Source: Craspedostauros australis
Lineage: Eukaryota
Length of the DNA stretch: 61,517 nt
Direction: 5' to 3'
Assembly: GCA_030167865.1 (NCBI GenBank)
Contig: JALAGF010000406.1
Location: 1 to 61,517 of the forward strand
This document shows, in pieces, positions 1-10,249 of the stretch. The notes under the pieces are model-generated. The model had not been told where the DNA came from and did no database searches. It saw only the letters and a list, made by a program, of their open reading frames with translations. Position 1 is the first letter of the stretch. Each line of letters begins with the position of its first letter. A program made the position numbers and the translations under genes.

Positions 1-1131
1 TCCTGATAGAGGGAGGATGTCTTTCTCCATCAACTCTTTAGTGCATCTGTACTGGATGAACTTCCCCAGCACCGTTCCAAAGTCACTGTGGCTCTGGATG
101 ATGGCCCGGACGAAGTTTGGGGACTTGCTTGCTTCGTCAATCCCAACGACGATGAACAGTGTGGTCTTCTCTTGCATCTTCCCATCCAACACTTTCAGGA
201 AGTTGACAAGCCTGTCGAGACTTGTTTCGTCTGCCGTGAGGACCGATTTGACTTCACTTGTGAGCTTCGTCCATGATTTGTTCATTCGGTCTGTCTTGAC
301 CGCAAGAGAATTCGACGAATCGAGAAGTTTCACATCGTCAGTGTCGAGCATGATGGTGAACAGAGCGTCTCTGGTGAATGCGCTCGCCGCAAGCTCAACG
401 GTCTTGCCGCTACCACTCTCTTCGTGGTACACATGAACCCGGTCGTCGTGGAGGTATCCTCGTCGGATCGACGCGTTGATGAAGACTTGTTTGGGGACCA
501 TACCGATACTTCCTCCATGTCGAAAGTTGGCCTTGCCGATGTAGTGTGCGTATTCAGTTTCATTTCGGTGGATGATGTTCGAGGTGTACTTCAGACGACG
601 AAAGCCATTGGGGTCGTAACCGCGGATCTCCTTCAACAGCTTGAGAACTGATTGGCGTGGGCGAGTAGGATCAGCGAGTTTGAAATCGTCGTTGGGTTCC
701 TGGATAGCGTCGAGGATGCACTGGGGGATTTCTTGATAGAAACGAAGGAAGGCCAGGAGCCACGTTGACACCGGGGTGGGGCTCTGAGCAATGACGTAAT
801 CCTCAACATTGCCGCACAGTTGTGCAGCGGTAAGGCCTTGGCGCACCTGCGTGCAAACGTGTTTGCGGCAGGCGTCCCATTTCGAACGAATCCGTAGGCT
901 CGTCTTCTTGACGCGGGCAACATCGGGGGCGACGACGCCGGTCTCCGTCAGGGCCTTGGTGGCGCACTCCTCCAGATGGTTTTGTGCTTCCTTGTCCTTG
1001 TCCAAGTTCGACATGTCGGTCCAGAATTCCTTTTTGTTGAAGATTGAGTCGAGATCGATAGGCGTTGCTTGATCAGCCTCAGTCGTTGACGCTTGAGCGT
1101 CGCCGACGTCCATCGCCGCGTCGTCGCTCAT
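1..1131 (-). CDS. P-loop NTPase, 5' part; ORF runs off the window edge (377 codons visible)
   Basis: Manual translation from ATG at 1131 (MSDDAAMDVGDAQ...) is stop-free to base 1. Walker A-like HVYHEESGSGKT (~400-435) and Walker B-like FIVVGIDEA (~130-156). Missing from the ORF track because no stop lies in the window. Confidence 0.75.
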   Translation of the reverse strand, partial: MSDDAAMDVGDAQASTTEADQATPIDLDSIFNKKEFWTDMSNLDKDKEAQNHLEECATKALTETGVVAPDVARVKKTSLRIRSKWDACRKHVCTQVRQGLTAAQLCGNVEDYVIAQSPTPVSTWLLAFLRFYQEIPQCILDAIQEPNDDFKLADPTRPRQSVLKLLKEIRGYDPNGFRRLKYTSNIIHRNETEYAHYIGKANFRHGGSIGMVPKQVFINASIRRGYLHDDRVHVYHEESGSGKTVELAASAFTRDALFTIMLDTDDVKLLDSSNSLAVKTDRMNKSWTKLTSEVKSVLTADETSLDRLVNFLKVLDGKMQEKTTLFIVVGIDEASKSPNFVRAIIQSHSDFGTVLGKFIQYRCTKELMEKDILPLSG

Positions 1132-2207
1132 CTTGCTGTTGACAGCCGTTCGGCGGAAGTGATTGGAGGCGAAAGGGCGACAGCAACAAGAAACCGTGGA
1201 GTTCTGGTGTTGGTGTGAGAGTTGGTATGAGTGTTGGTGTCATCAGCAGCGACGACAATGTTTGGTTCTGCTCACCTTGTCTTGTTCTGCCTTCGTGAGG
1301 ACTCCAGTCAGGCTCCGTTCAGCTTTGATTCCTTCGGTCGCCTTCGGACCGCCTTAGATCGTATGCTATCGTGTTGTGCAGTGGCAGTTGCAGTGGCAGC
1401 AGCCCTGTTCGCTACCTGCGATGAATCCGTCTGTGTATGAGGCTGTGTATGTGTGTGCTTTCTCCACTGCTCCACGAGGACTCCTCAGCCAACCAATAAC
1501 CAATACGGGGACTGTGGGGTCTAGCGAAGGCGTGGCTGGTTCTGATGGTTGAGTGTTGAGTGTTGTGGGTATGTCGACGTCGATGTTGTTGATGATGATT
1601 GTGATTGTGATGATAATTATGATGACAATGGCTGTGCTCTCTTGGATGAGTCTGCGAGTACGGAGCGAGGAAAGTCTCGAGAGAGTGTTCGACAGGCACG
1701 TTCACACCAACGGCTTGTTGTTCTTGGTCTCCTCGACTTCATGCCTGTTTGAATGCGTTTGTGCGTCTTTGTGCTGTGGCAACCACACGGATTAGACTCG
1801 CAGAACACTCAGGCTTTGCTGCACTATCTCTTTTTCAGTGGTGTTTTTGCCTTCCCCTTGGTGGTGATTGCTCTGGTCCATTTTCGGCAGCGTGGATTTC
1901 GGAATGCACGGCTTCATGGCAAGCATTGTTTGATGATGAACTCGCTGGAGTTGTTGCCCCTGCTCCAAAGAGGGGGAGAGAATGAGAGAGCAAGAGCGAG
2001 AGAGGGTGAGGTTTTTGTGTGCTTTGTCTGACACAAGATCCATCACCATCGTGTCTCGTCCACTCCACTTTCGTCACATGGAATTCGAGACACGTCTCGC
2101 GTGGGTGTTCTCCAAACCCGGTTCTCCGATTCATTTGTTCTGAGGGAGTCGTCTGAATCATTCTGAAATCTTCCTCCAACCACACAAAATACCGCGAGGA
2201 GAAGAAC

Positions 2208-2500
2208 ACAGAATGAATTCAGACGCTTGCGAGTTGGTAGGTGCTGCAAAGGAGAGACCTCAAGACACACAGAAGACGATCCTATCTAGCATTAGTGGCT
2301 GTTGTTGTTGCTGCAGCTGTTTCGAGCTGTGGTCCTCAAAATTGTGTGTTCTCTCCTGCTTTGAAAGGATTCTGTTGCTGACACATGCTCACGTACGTAT
2401 CCACTAGACCGGTGGCGCGTAGGAGTCATTGCACAAGACCAAATGACCGTACCGGTTGACTGGCAGATGGTCCGACCTGTATGATCCCAAAACTCGTTCT
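2208..2500 (-). repeat. 3' LTR (boundaries approximate)
   Basis: Begins AGAACGAG right after GAGGGGAC (- strand). Ends with the block GTCTTGAGGTCTCTCCTTTGCAGCACCTACC...AATTCATTCTGT also present in the 5' LTR. Confidence 0.65.
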
Positions 2501-2508
2501 GTCCCCTC
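2501..2508 (-). other. Putative polypurine tract (PPT)
   Basis: GAGGGGAC on the - strand, ~155 nt after the pol stop and abutting the 3' LTR. Confidence 0.55.
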
Positions 2509-3023
2509 GTTGTGTAGGCACTTGTCTACCCCCTGGATCGCCCTCCGTGTCTGCCCAATGTCCCCTATTTTGGCATGTAGGAAAATGGCATTTTGCTTAC
2601 CAAAAACCTCGCGCATCGCGACTCAGTTTGCAACTCTGTACGGAACTCTGTTGTCTATCTCATTAGTACAAGAATTGACCAAGCAGCGTCTCACCCTTCG
2701 GGGCTGGCATTGTCTTTGTGAATATGTCTGCCAGGTTTGTCATGGTATCCTCTTTCGCTATGCGAATGATACCACTGGCAACAGCCTCTTGGCATCGGTG
2801 GTAGGAGATGCTGTGGTGCTTCTTCGACAGTGTCGAGTGGGGTGTTGATGCATTCTTGAAGACTGCCTCGTTGTCGCAGAACATATTCGTCGGTCCCTTG
2901 ATAGGTACCCCAAACATGCGCAGCTTGTATCGAAGCGACGACACCATCTCCACCGCGAGCCTCATTGCAGTGAACTCCAACCCAAAGGTGGAGGTCTCCA
3001 CCGAGTTCTGCCTCTTGCTGTAC

Positions 3024-3654
3024 TATTAGCGCACGCTAAATCTCTAACAATAGCGACACCCGTCGACCAATCAGAAATCTCCACTTTTCTTACCTTTTCC
3101 GTTCCGAANNNNNNNNNNNNNNNNNNNNNNNNNNNNNNNNNNNNNNNNNNNNNNNNNNNNNNNNNNNNNNNNNNNNNNNNNNNNNNNNNNNNNNNNNNNN
3201 CGCGGAAATTGATTTCTTGCCAAGATGAACCAATCTGCCCAATCAGGACAGACTTGGATCTTGGGTGTGACACGTGCGAATCTTGCCATGACCTTCTCAA
3301 ATGAATACGATCAATCGTGCGATCGTACTACTAGCAACATTGTGAGAAGATGTAATTCACAACACGTGGTATCGCGGTGTTTTGTTCATTGACCTTTTGC
3401 ACCTCATCTTCACGCAGTAACACGCACATTTGCCGTGTTGTCTCCGTGTTAATTTCACTTGCAATTTGCATGAGACCTGTCATGCCTCTCTCATGCTCAC
3501 AGTTCCAAGAAGACAATCTTGTGAGCTCGACAGCATTTCAACTACCATACGAATAACACAGTAAACAAACACTCTCCTCACCAACAACAACGACTTGATC
3601 ACTCTACGTTCTCGGTGCGGTATCTTCAAACCCATCTACGATTACGTTCTAACA
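3024..3654. mobile_element. Nested LTR-type insertion (solo LTR or collapsed element) inside RNase H
   Basis: Flanked by direct repeat TGTAC (3019-3023 and 3655-3659). Termini TATTAG...CTAACA are a near-perfect TGTTAG/CTAACA inverted pair. Host frame ...APVLWY|SKRQNSVETSTFG rejoins on removal. Confidence 0.8.
3109..3200. other. Assembly gap (N run)
   Basis: 92 Ns. Confidence 1.
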
Positions 3655-6600
3655 TGTACCATAGAACCGGTGCACGATTCAGGAAGATGAGTATCCCCGT
3701 TTGTGATCACCTTGTTGCCTTGTCAGCTGTGTGGTTGGCATCCACAAAGCAATGTGTCGATGCTGTGTTGCCTCTGGGCTCTGGCATGTCCATTGGCATG
3801 GCTTCCTCAGCATTGCGGTAGAAGTCCTCCCATTCAAATGACTGGAAGCAGTCTTCTGATATCCTGGGGTGATCAGGGTCCATCAGCATCGTTCGTCGCG
3901 AAGTGTTCTTCAGGTATCCGAAGATGTGGTAAGCCTGCTCGAGATGTCCGACCCGTGGCATGGCAAGATGGGATGACAGCAGTGACACTTCCAGCAAGAT
4001 GTCGACTCTGCCAATCTCAATTGCCCATCGCAGCACACTGATCAGCTCCTGGAACCGCCGCAATCCATCTGCTTTGAGTTCTGGAGTCTCATCTTCTGCT
4101 GGATGGTAGCTGCAAGTGAATGGTGTCCGGCATCCTGATGGTAGTCGTAGTCCTTGCTTGTCCAACTTCTCTTCAACGTTCTCAATGGCTGCCTTGCAGT
4201 ATTTCTCCGATGACACACTCCAACACCGCGTGCCATGTTCATTGCTCTTCTGACTGAGTGATGCACCAAGATACATGTCTGGCGGCTCAACCTTGTCCCC
4301 TTTCAATTTGAAGACAGAAGCAACGCCATTGATGACCTCTCTGGGCTTATGGCTCATCGCCATCACGTTGTCAACATAGCAAAGCACGATCTCGTAGTAT
4401 TCGAAACCGTCGGGTTTGGTAGCCGCTCGTAGCCATACGTCTGGATCAGCCTTCGATGATCGGAATGAGCTGTCATGAAGTACACCTGCCAATTTGGCCC
4501 GGAATGCTGCTCCAGAGGACTTCAACCCGTACAGAGCTTTGCGCACAAGCATGATCTGTCCTTCCTCAGCAGCAAACTCCGGTCCTGCCCTGGTCCAGAC
4601 TTTCTCTTGGCAGTCTGCTGCCAGGTATGCATTCTGGATGTCACATGCCAGCACCTCCAGATCGTTCATTGCAGCGATGGTCAGCGCGATCCGCACTGAG
4701 TCCCTGGATACCACTGACAAGTATGTGATGGATGATGGTGTTGTGGTCTTGTGACTCTCAGCCACAAGCCTCGCCTTCTGTCGGAAGTTCTCGTCCAGCT
4801 TCACATTGAATATCAGATGGCACTTGATCTGCTGGTATCCTTTTGGTAGCTGCGACTCATCGCCCTTGAATGCCTCGAATGCCAGTCGAACGTTGTTCAT
4901 CTCCTTCAGGATTGAATCCCACCAGAGAGTATTTATGTTCTCTCGATCAACCTCCCTAGCTTTGTTGACTGTCTTGGGAACCCTGACTCCGTACTTGTGC
5001 GTCCTTGACCAGTACTTGGACTTGGTCTTGGATATGATGCAGTCCCATTTCTTGAGGACAATCGGAATCCACCACGCAAAGGCTGGCTCTCCAGCGATGC
5101 GATTCTGGGTGGCATACTCTATTAGTTGCACCAGATATGAATCCTTCATGTCTTTCATGGCGTTCCATGTTGTGCTTCCGTCCTTCCATTGCACCAGCAT
5201 CTCCCAGCCCACCGTTGTCTCTCTTTGGCGTCGAACCCCGTTTCTGGATGAAACAAATGCGTCCTGCTGCTTGATGGCGCTCTCATCGGCCCTGTGATCG
5301 AGTATTTCGTCCACTATGACGTGCCGATGTCCTTCAGCGTCGACCTGTGCGAAAAAGTTCTCAGCGATGACGTTTGCCATCATGGACTGCTTGTGGCCGT
5401 CGGCAAACTCCACCTCATACATCCTTGTGTCCGTGATGGGATTGTCAGACGCAGTGCCGATGGGCTTGCCACCCTTGTCCCGTAGCCGCTTTGTCACCTT
5501 CGCGAATTCAGGATAATCCCCCCCCCCCCGCGATCGATGAATAACTCCATGTTGGTGTATCCGTTGAACTCGTCAGGAGAGAAGGAATCGTCTGCATGGG
5601 GCACGGCATGAGTGCCGAACGTGCACCCAAACTCTTCAGCAAAATCCGGGTCGTCCTCCACCAGCTCCGCCCAGGCAGACAGCGCAGGCCTGCCGCCGAC
5701 GGCTGCCAGCCGCTCCTCCTTGAAGCGAGCGGATCTCGCGTCGTCAAAGGTCCGAAAACGAGCCTGGTGCTTGTCAATGCTCTTCTCCATCTCCGTATCT
5801 TGCTGCACAGTCGTCCGTGGGACAGGTATGCTGGAGGCTCGAAGCATCCAATATGACATCAAGCTCCCTGTGGTATCGGCAACCCCAAGGAAACGCCCGA
5901 GTTGGATCTCACCCAACCCCACATCCGGATTGAACCAGACACAATCGTAGAATGCAAACTCCAGGTACTCGGAGATGTCCGGGGTCTCACCTGTCAGGTG
6001 CTCGATCGGTGTCCTCCCACCCAACCCACCAGCATTGCTGGCCGTGCGCTGCATGATACGGGCAATGTACGTCAACCCATAGCTCCAGACTCGCCGCGGG
6101 CAGTTGGACCGAAACATGGTGCGGTACCACGTCCTTCGCAACTCGCGGATGACGCCCTCAGCGGGGTTTTGCTTGTGCCGGCCGACCTCCGAGACTTGTA
6201 TCTGGATGCGGTACCGACGTGCTTTCGCCTGGAACTTGCTGTTGCGTCCAACTTGCTCCGGAGCGCCGTCGGCAACCAGCAGATCAGGTGCACCGTACTC
6301 GCGTACGAATGCCTCCAATGCGTCAGGTGCCTCCGACTTGCGATCGAGGTGGTACGCCTGGACAAAGAACTGCTTGTTGGCAAAGATCTGGGAGTATTTG
6401 CGCCCATGGATGTCGGTACATCGCGCATGCATCGTGTCGGTGGCCATGGTGCCGTGGATGCGCTTGGGAAGGTACATGCGATCGGCTCTGTATCTGCGTG
6501 CCAAGAGCATGAGCGCAGATCGGACCAAATGCCTGGTGGTGGCGTGAAGCGTGAGTCTGGCCTGAGCAATGCTGAGGCCCCACTGCCCGCTGAGCTCTTC

Positions 6601-7448
6601 AGGCGTCGTCCGTGAGTGGCGATCGAGTGACAAGAAGGCCTGGGAGGTCGTATCTTGGCTTCTGTGATCGGAATCTCCTGTGGAATCGTCGCTTCGCCTG
6701 TCTGTGTGGCCGTCTTGATTGGGAGCTCGATATCTTTGGAGCTGACCTGTATGGACTGGATGAGCCTGGTGTCGAAGGCATGGATATTGTGAATGGCGTC
6801 GCTGTGCGCCTCGGAGTCCCCTGGATGCACACGGACAGCCTTGGCATTCCTCAGCTCGATTTGATCCTGTTTGCGATATGGTGCTTGATGGAACTGCGCC
6901 TTTGCTGGTTCCCATGGTGTGTCGGATAACAGATACATGTGCGGGAGCTGCTGCAGGTTGGAGGTGGACGGGTGCCAGGTGTCGAGGTAGATGATACTAC
7001 CATCGGACTTGAGGCACGCGGTGAAGCAGCCGTCGTCCTGTGCTATCTCCATGGGTTGTCCCTCATTTGGGTTGTCCTGCACAGTCACGCCGTGATGGCA
7101 CAACTGATTCGGGTTCACCAACATATGGTCGAGGTCCGGCATGTACAATGCTTTGTGCATGACCGGGATGTATCGTCTTCTATTCGCAGAAGTGTATCCA
7201 GTCACTGCAGTGGCGATGGGGACATCCGTGATGGGCGAGTATGTCTCTGTACACAGTGATACATGACAGCACCTCTCTGTGCAATGAAGCACAACCGTCT
7301 GTTTGCCAGCGACGATTGTATCCGCATGCGAGTCCACTTCCATCCTTGCCTGGACGCCTCTGGCGTTATGCGTGTTCTGCGCAGACACCGTCCCGATCCT
7401 CCTGGTGCGAGCAGAGGGCTGAATCGCAGCAACCTGTAGTTTGTACGC

Positions 7449-7541
7449 GCGAGACTGGTTTGATGATATAATGAGTGCTATCAGACTGTTAATCCAACCG
7501 CCGCTCACTATGGCCATCCACCAATCACGCCACAAATGTCA
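7449..7541 (-). promoter_or_regulatory. Candidate gag-pol stop-codon readthrough signal (UGA-C, 8-nt spacer, long stem-loop)
   Basis: AAC TGA CAT TTG continues in frame into pol. Imperfect inverted repeat spans 7449-7530. Confidence 0.6.
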
Positions 7542-8978
7542 GTTGCCGGAGCCGCTCCTCTTCGAGTCTCTGCCACCGAATGAGTTGCCAGCTTGGTCGT
7601 TGCGTCCTTGGGGCTGCTTGGTGAGCTGGTTGACTGTCTGCAACAGGTCTTGCTCATGCTTGCTCTGCTCCTCGCTCGACGTCTTGAGCTGGCTGATCTG
7701 TTGTTTGAGCTTCTTGACCTGGCGTTTGGATGGTGAGTTGGTGCCGCCTGGCCTCCTGCCACGCTGTCTTGGGGGTCTGGCCTTCAGGATCTCGGCATGA
7801 TATGGCTTGACCTCATCACTGAACCATTGGCTGCGGTCGTACTTCCCAATGTAGATGGAACCGTCAGTTGTGATGGCTCCTACAGCGGGAGCAGGACCTT
7901 CGGCTGTGTAGCGACCGGTAGATGTCGTTTTGCACACATAGCGGGAGCTCTTCACCGTCGTTGACTGCTCTGGGATCTCTTTTGCAAAACGGAGAAGCAC
8001 CTCCTTGTAATCAGGGACAGGTTCGCCGTACGAGAGCTTGAGGGCAATCTTGAATGGCTGCATGCCCGGTGCCAGGATGGATCCAAAGATGGCATCCACG
8101 ATGTCTTGGTTGTGCATGGGGATGTCGCACTCTTCAAGGGCGTCCACAGCTCGCTGCAGCTGGGAGGAGAACTTTTCAAAGGAGAAGTTCCTCTTGCTCT
8201 GGTATCGCATGGTCGCGATGGTCTTCTTGGTTTTTGACGCTTGTGCGTCTAGGCTGGCCTTGCTGTTGTAGCGGGCCTGCAGTGCCAGGAAGTTCTTACA
8301 GCTATTGTGCTTGTGGATGGTGGACTGGATGTAGGTGTAGGCGTCCGAGTCTGGCGCCATGTTCTGCAGGATGACTTGATGCACGGTTGCGGCATCCTGG
8401 ATGAACTCCTCACCGGTGTGAGGTGCCAGTGCCACCGCGTTCTCCTCCCATGTGAGGTCGAGGTCCCATGCGTCAGCCGGTTCTGCTCGTATAACATACC
8501 AGATGGGGATGCCTCGCATACCGATGATGGACCAAAGGATGCTGTCCAGTCCATCACCCCAGCGCTTCCACTCGAGCGACGACTTCAACAGGATGCCGAA
8601 TGGCTTCCCGATCAATTTGTCGCCCTTTGTGCGTCGGTTCTTGCGCTGCTCGATGCGGTCCGTCGCATCCGCGATGCTGTTGAGGAATGTGGCTTGGCTG
8701 GTGCCTTCTGCGAAGGCAAACTCTTGTCGGATCCTGTGTTGGTCATCAACCCAGTGTGCCAGCGATGCCAGCCTCTTCTTGATTGCCCTGTTGATGAAGA
8801 TGACATTGTCTCCTTTCGCAAGTGCATCGCAGGTGTCGTCGATGGTCTTCACCGTCTCGCCTCTCATGGTTGCCATTCCCAGTGGATCAGGGGCAAAGGT
8901 GTCCTTGACTGCGTCTCTGACTGCAGGGACGCTCAGGCCGCACCACTCGAACATCGTCTGAAACGAGATGACCGCCAT
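7539..8978 (-). CDS. gag: Copia gag-like protein, 479 aa
   Basis: Open ORF directly upstream of and in frame with pol. CoDi gag-like segments GMRGIPIWYVIR and NFSFEKFSSQL; basic C-terminus. Confidence 0.85.
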   Translation of the reverse strand: MAVISFQTMFEWCGLSVPAVRDAVKDTFAPDPLGMATMRGETVKTIDDTCDALAKGDNVIFINRAIKKRLASLAHWVDDQHRIRQEFAFAEGTSQATFLNSIADATDRIEQRKNRRTKGDKLIGKPFGILLKSSLEWKRWGDGLDSILWSIIGMRGIPIWYVIRAEPADAWDLDLTWEENAVALAPHTGEEFIQDAATVHQVILQNMAPDSDAYTYIQSTIHKHNSCKNFLALQARYNSKASLDAQASKTKKTIATMRYQSKRNFSFEKFSSQLQRAVDALEECDIPMHNQDIVDAIFGSILAPGMQPFKIALKLSYGEPVPDYKEVLLRFAKEIPEQSTTVKSSRYVCKTTSTGRYTAEGPAPAVGAITTDGSIYIGKYDRSQWFSDEVKPYHAEILKARPPRQRGRRPGGTNSPSKRQVKKLKQQISQLKTSSEEQSKHEQDLLQTVNQLTKQPQGRNDQAGNSFGGRDSKRSGSGN

Positions 8979-9167
8979 CTTGTTGGTGGAGCGATGTTGG
9001 ATGCTGCCAACCTGATCGCTCGATCCGTTGGTTGATCAACACCAACGTCCCTCTCTCGGTGTTTTCGGGATGCTCGGCGTTCGTAGCTGCGCGCCGTTCC
9101 CGTCTCCTCGTCTGCCTGCATGTAGCACAGCAGGGAAGTGATATGCAGCACTGCAGGAAAGTGATAA

Positions 9168-9396
9168 ACAGAATGAATTATGATGTTTGTAAGCTGGTAG
9201 GTGCTGCAAAGGAGAGACCTCAAGACGCGCTGGGCTGTCCAAATTCCACAGGGAGCCCTGCTATCGGACTCAATTCAGGGTTCGCAATTACTCCTCCTTT
9301 TGGAAAACATTAGAGTACTCTACTTGCAAACCGTTGCTGCTAAGTGTGCATCACATCGATGCTCTAGTGTGCTTCAAGTGACCAGTCCCTCGTTCT
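9168..9396 (-). repeat. 5' LTR (boundaries approximate)
   Basis: Starts AGAACGAG and ends with the same 59-bp block as the 3' LTR; lies ~190 nt upstream of the gag ATG. Confidence 0.6.
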
Positions 9397-9563
9397 TGTT
9401 GTTACTGTCTGTCGCGATTGGCACCATGGTGACATTTCGGGAATGCTGACTCACGGTTGGGTCAAATCATGCTCAGCAGGATTGGCCAAACACGTTTTCA
9501 TCGAAATCTTGTTGTATGCATTCCATGTAGTCATGAATTGCGTGGTTGACATGATTCGTGCTT

Positions 9564-9856
9564 TGACGTCACGATCGTGTTCTTTTGACGTCACTGCGCC
9601 AGCTTTCAGCACCATGACGATGTTCTTTCGACGTCACGATCTGAAACCTGTGACGTGAAACACGATCTGAGATCGTGACGTCGAACACGGATCGTCGAGA
9701 GGTCCTTCGAGCTCCGCGAAATGAGAATTCTGCTTGATCGGAACTTCGTCATCGTTGTTTTTTACTTAAGGTCGAAAGCTGCTCGACGTCAGCAGTGTTG
9801 AGCCTATGCTGACGTGGTGCACAATCCCGAGACCAATCCAATCGCCTTTGACGTCA
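9564..9856. promoter_or_regulatory. Cluster of eight TGACGT (bZIP/CRE, aureochrome-type) sites upstream of the thioredoxin gene
   Basis: TGACGTCA at 9564, 9586, 9849; TGACGT at 9651, 9676, 9810; ACGTCA at 9631, 9786. Confidence 0.6.
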
Positions 9857-10249
9857 CGTTCGCATCATCACACACAACTTCACACGATTTTTCGCACCAA
9901 AGTGTCGAGAACTGCAAACAGAACATCATCACAAGGGCGAACAGGAACGGACCAGACACGAAAAGCCAAACAACCAAACTTCCTCGCAAGGTGTTTGCCC
10001 AAGACCAGCATCTGCACGAACAAGGCACACATGGACATCCTCAGACCTCCCTCATCATCTCATAAAATCTCAACGATCCGATCAGGTATCATAACCATCA
10101 CAACCATCACAACCAACCAGCCATCAAACCTCTCTACCACGCTCATTGAGACTCCAACACAACCACAAACTACAGCTACAGCTACACTCCACAAGATGCA
10201 GACCAACAACATGAACCAATCCTCCAGCCAACTGTCGTCGGGAAGCGCA

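Larger units (their letters stand above)
2663..7538 (-). pseudogene. pol: Copia pol (PR-IN-RT-RNase H), disrupted
   Basis: PR motif MEVDSHADT; IN core (MATDT, LVADGAPEQ, QNPAEGVI); RT motifs KARLVA, DIQNAYL, KALYGLKSSG, YVDN; RNase H FCDNEAV, NLADIFTK. Lesions: frameshift ~6640, poly-G frameshift ~5518-5529, TGA at 3707-3709, insertion at 3024-3654. Confidence 0.93.
2208..9396 (-). mobile_element. Ty1/copia LTR retrotransposon of diatom CoDi type, decayed
   Basis: Order gag, protease (VDSHADT), integrase, RT, RNase H (ADIFTK) is the copia order. LTR-like ends share a 59-bp block (2208-2266 vs 9168-9226). Purine tract precedes the 3' LTR. Confidence 0.93.

Noticed and set aside
5518-5529. Poly-G run as a programmed frameshift
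   Set aside because: Lies between IN and RT, where pol is normally continuous; homopolymer slippage or sequencing error is simpler.
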